This document shows positions 61,739 to 64,000 of a stretch of 64,000 nucleotides of DNA, piece by piece. The first letter of the stretch is position 1. Every line of letters begins with the position of its first letter. The notes under the pieces were generated by a model. It saw only the letters and a program-made list of their open reading frames with translations. It did no database searches and was not told the DNA's origin. The position numbers and the translations under genes are program-made. The stretch comes from Candidatus Tenderia sp. (lineage in GTDB: Bacteria; Pseudomonadota; Gammaproteobacteria; Tenderiales; Tenderiaceae), in contig JANOSY010000073.1 in the NCBI GenBank assembly GCA_031416075.1, positions 3,822 through 67,821 on the forward strand. Reading direction: 5' to 3'.

Positions 61739-61763
61739 CCCCCCTTCCTTGAAGGGGGGGGGG
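61739..61763. repeat. Perfect GC hairpin (9-bp stem, 3-nt loop) that runs into a G10 homopolymer tract, at the right-hand junction of the RM islet.
   Basis: CCCCCCTTC-ctt-GAAGGGGGG followed by four additional G residues. There is no downstream T-tract. Confidence 0.6.
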
Positions 61764-61841
61764 AACAAAAGCGAAAATCAAAAACAGTAACGAATCGCGC
61801 CATAGCGCCGATACCCTGAAGAATATTTTGAGACAATTTTC

Positions 61842-62540
61842 ATGACAAGCAGCCACATCCGCACGGTTTTATTTGATCTGGACGGGACTTTGGCCGACAC
61901 CGCTCCTGATCTTGCTGATGCCCTGAACCAGGTGCTGGAGGAGCGCTGCCGCCGGACGCTCTCCTTTGATACCATTCGCCCCATCGTCTCTCACGGCAGC
62001 CATGCCTTGATCTATCTCGGTTTTGAGCTTGCCCCCGGTGATGAGGGTTTTGCCGAGATTCAACAGCGGCTGCTGGAGATCTACCGTAACAACATCGCCA
62101 ACAAAACCCGGCTCTTTCCCGGCATGGCCGAAGTGCTTGATGAGATTGAGCGCCGTGGCCTGAATTGGGGTGTTGTCACCAACAAACCGAGCTCCTTTAC
62201 CGATCCACTCATGGAGGCGTTGCAGCTGCATCAACGTGCTGTCTGCACCATCTCCGGCGATACCACCACCAACCGCAAACCACATCCGGAACCGATGCTG
62301 TTGGCGGCCTCACAGGCCGGCACCGATCCTGTCCACTGTCTATATATAGGTGATGCAGAGCGGGACATCATCGCTGGCCGTGCCGCGGGTATGTTCACGC
62401 TGGCGGCGCTATTTGGTTATGTTGGCGACCACGACACCCCTGGCCAGTGGGGCGCTCACGGCATGATAGAGCAGCCACACGAGATCCTGCACTGGCTGGG
62501 CAAAGAGATTCCACCCCTCAGCAAACAGGCTGTCTCATGA
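61842..62540 (+). CDS. HAD-family phosphatase (phosphoglycolate phosphatase / MurNAc-6-P phosphatase MupP-like).
   Basis: HAD motif I VLFDLDGTLADT, motif II VVTNKPS, motif III/IV ...KPHPEPM...YIGDAERDIIAGRAAG. Confidence 0.75.
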   Translation: MTSSHIRTVLFDLDGTLADTAPDLADALNQVLEERCRRTLSFDTIRPIVSHGSHALIYLGFELAPGDEGFAEIQQRLLEIYRNNIANKTRLFPGMAEVLDEIERRGLNWGVVTNKPSSFTDPLMEALQLHQRAVCTISGDTTTNRKPHPEPMLLAASQAGTDPVHCLYIGDAERDIIAGRAAGMFTLAALFGYVGDHDTPGQWGAHGMIEQPHEILHWLGKEIPPLSKQAVS

Positions 62541-63718
62541 GCGAAACCCTTGTTTACACCGCGTTGACCATCATTGGTATCATCGCCACCGCCCTGGGTT
62601 ATACCCTCTCTGCACTACGTAACCGCATCCAGCTCGATACCATGAAGGAGAAGTATGTCTCCCTTAACGAACGGCTGGACCAGCAGCGTACTGAAACCAG
62701 CGAAAAGTTCTCTTCCGTCGAGCGGGTTAAACATGGACTGGAACAGACCCTCTCCTCTTACACACCGCCCGATCTGTCACTCAGCAATAAAGAGAAGTTT
62801 ACCCAGGCGATGTTGCAGCCGCTGCAAGAGACCCTCAAAAGCGCCGACATTCAGGTTAAACGGATCAAACGTGAGGAGGAGAAGGCACAGCAGTTGATCG
62901 AAAAACAGCTGGCCCTGCTGCAGGCCCCTGAACAGCTGGGACGTGGCAATCCCAAGGCCGCCACTGCCTCACTAAGCGATAGCGAAGCGCGCCGTCAATG
63001 GGGCTTTACCACGTTAAAGATGCTGCTCGAAGTCACCTACATGACCGACCACTACCGAATTTGCAACAGCAAAGAGGGCGAACCTGATAAAGGGGATAAA
63101 ACACATCCGCCCTGCCTGATTCAGATGATGGGCAACCGCCAGATCGCCATCGACATCAATACCCCATTGGAGGCCTATGTCAACGTCTGCCACGCCCCCG
63201 ACTCATCGGTAAGGAGCTGGCACCAGGAGAGCCACGCCCGGAAATTGCGAGATAGGATCATGACCCTCTCCAGCCGCGCCTACCTGTCACGTTTCGAGCA
63301 GCCACCAGAACTGACCATCCAGCTGATTCTCAATGACCACTACCTCACCACCGCCATGGAGAGTGACAGCGACCTGATTCAGCTGGCCGCCAACCAGAAG
63401 ATCATCCTCGCCACACCCTCAGACCTGCTCACCCTGCTACAAGCCATCTCCTTCAGCTGGCAGCAACAGCTCTTTGCCAAAGATGCACACAAACTGCGGG
63501 AGACCGGCATCCAGCTCTATCGCCACTTTGGCACCTTTATCAAACTGATTGCCGAACTGGGGTCAGAACTCTCCGGCGTAGTCGACAGCTACAAGCGGGC
63601 CGTTAACTATTTTGAGTCCGACGCCAGCAACCCACCCGCCACAACTACCGAAACAGAAACAGAGACCGAAACAAAAACCACCACGGCTGCCCCTGCCACA
63701 GAGAAAAAAACCGCCTGA
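62537..63718 (+). CDS. rmuC: DNA recombination protein RmuC.
   Basis: The ATG at 62537 overlaps the HAD gene stop (ATGA). N-terminal TM MSETLVYTALTIIGIIATALGY, a long coiled-coil, and a conserved RmuC C-terminal domain (...IILATPSDLLTLLQAI...). Acidic Thr/Glu repeat tail. Confidence 0.8.
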   Translation: MSETLVYTALTIIGIIATALGYTLSALRNRIQLDTMKEKYVSLNERLDQQRTETSEKFSSVERVKHGLEQTLSSYTPPDLSLSNKEKFTQAMLQPLQETLKSADIQVKRIKREEEKAQQLIEKQLALLQAPEQLGRGNPKAATASLSDSEARRQWGFTTLKMLLEVTYMTDHYRICNSKEGEPDKGDKTHPPCLIQMMGNRQIAIDINTPLEAYVNVCHAPDSSVRSWHQESHARKLRDRIMTLSSRAYLSRFEQPPELTIQLILNDHYLTTAMESDSDLIQLAANQKIILATPSDLLTLLQAISFSWQQQLFAKDAHKLRETGIQLYRHFGTFIKLIAELGSELSGVVDSYKRAVNYFESDASNPPATTTETETETETKTTTAAPATEKKTA

Positions 63719-63811
63719 CCCCCCACTCTTCCCCTACAACATAGAGTTGATTCGCTTCAACCCTGTGGCTGCGTTATCCTATGTCTCTCACAAAGCAACT
63801 GAACAAGACCC

Positions 63812-64000
63812 ATGACCCCAGATCAATACTGTCAGGATAAAGCGGCCAAGAGCGGCTCCAGCTTCTATTACAGTTTTATGTTTCTACCCCCCGAGCAGCG
63901 CCAGGCAATTGTTGCCCTGTACGCCTTCTGCCGTGAAGTGGATGATGTGGTGGATGAGTGCAGTGACCCCACACTGGCCCAGACCAAACTGGCGTGGTGG
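63812..64000 (+). CDS. hpnD: Presqualene diphosphate synthase / squalene-phytoene synthase family (HpnD-like), 3'-partial at the window edge.
   Basis: MTPDQYCQDKAAKSGSSFYYSFMFLPPEQRQAIVALYAFCREVDDVVDE matches the N-terminus of HpnD/CrtB-type trans-isoprenyl diphosphate synthases. Confidence 0.65.
   Translation, partial: MTPDQYCQDKAAKSGSSFYYSFMFLPPEQRQAIVALYAFCREVDDVVDECSDPTLAQTKLAWW

Overview
The window reads as a gammaproteobacterial chromosomal segment with strong compositional mosaicism. There are no rRNA or tRNA genes, CRISPR arrays, transposases or integrases. From left to right:

- **1..1671:** a 5'-truncated DUF4874/DUF4832-type glycoside-hydrolase-like gene whose reading frame is open from position 1.
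- **1856..2638:** a LuxR-type regulator.
- **2682..14702:** a 13-gene, low-GC, minus-strand supercluster, tightly packed and partly translationally coupled. It contains a ferritin-like di-iron protein, a DUF318/ArsP-type permease with a TPFCSCS motif, a thioredoxin-fold protein, a thioester-reductase-type SDR, a polar-amino-acid ABC importer (binding protein, ATPase, two permeases), OsmC, and a Lol-like ABC exporter (ATPase, FtsX-type permease, LolA-like protein, outer-membrane barrel).
- **15230..24430:** a cobalamin riboswitch followed by btuB and a cob operon (cobO, cbiA/cobB, bluB, a btuF-like binding protein, cbiB, cobD, cobT), plus an uncharacterised 193-aa membrane protein.
- **24501..37067:** a strikingly AT-rich surface locus on the minus strand. 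It has two paralogous small secreted DUF11-like proteins, a 1,965-aa giant protein (Ig-like Big_1, DUF11, Cna-B-like, internal OmpA peptidoglycan-binding domain, long C-terminal beta-rich region), a FecR-like membrane protein, a sensor histidine kinase and a GGDEF response regulator.
- **37431..48248:** a BdbDC-like DsbA/DsbB pair, an SRPBCC protein, ylqF, a LEA_2 lipoprotein, recQ, minCDE, fieF, an orphan modA and dbpA.
- **48258..54191:** a GC-rich orphan T6SS-type effector island with no vgrG, resembling the P. aeruginosa PA0096-PA0101 locus. It has DUF2169, a 427-aa helical protein, a KAS-like protein, a DUF4150 PAAR-like protein, a 337-aa candidate effector and a candidate lipoprotein immunity gene.
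- **54410..64000:** mtaD and ubiG, then a Type III restriction-modification islet (mod plus res) inserted between ubiG and the HAD phosphatase gene that normally follows it, then rmuC and a 3'-truncated hpnD-like gene.

The most plausibly novel elements are the DUF11 giant-protein surface locus with its dedicated c-di-GMP signalling module, the redox/permease/reductase module heading the 12-kb operon, and the vgrG-less PAAR effector island.
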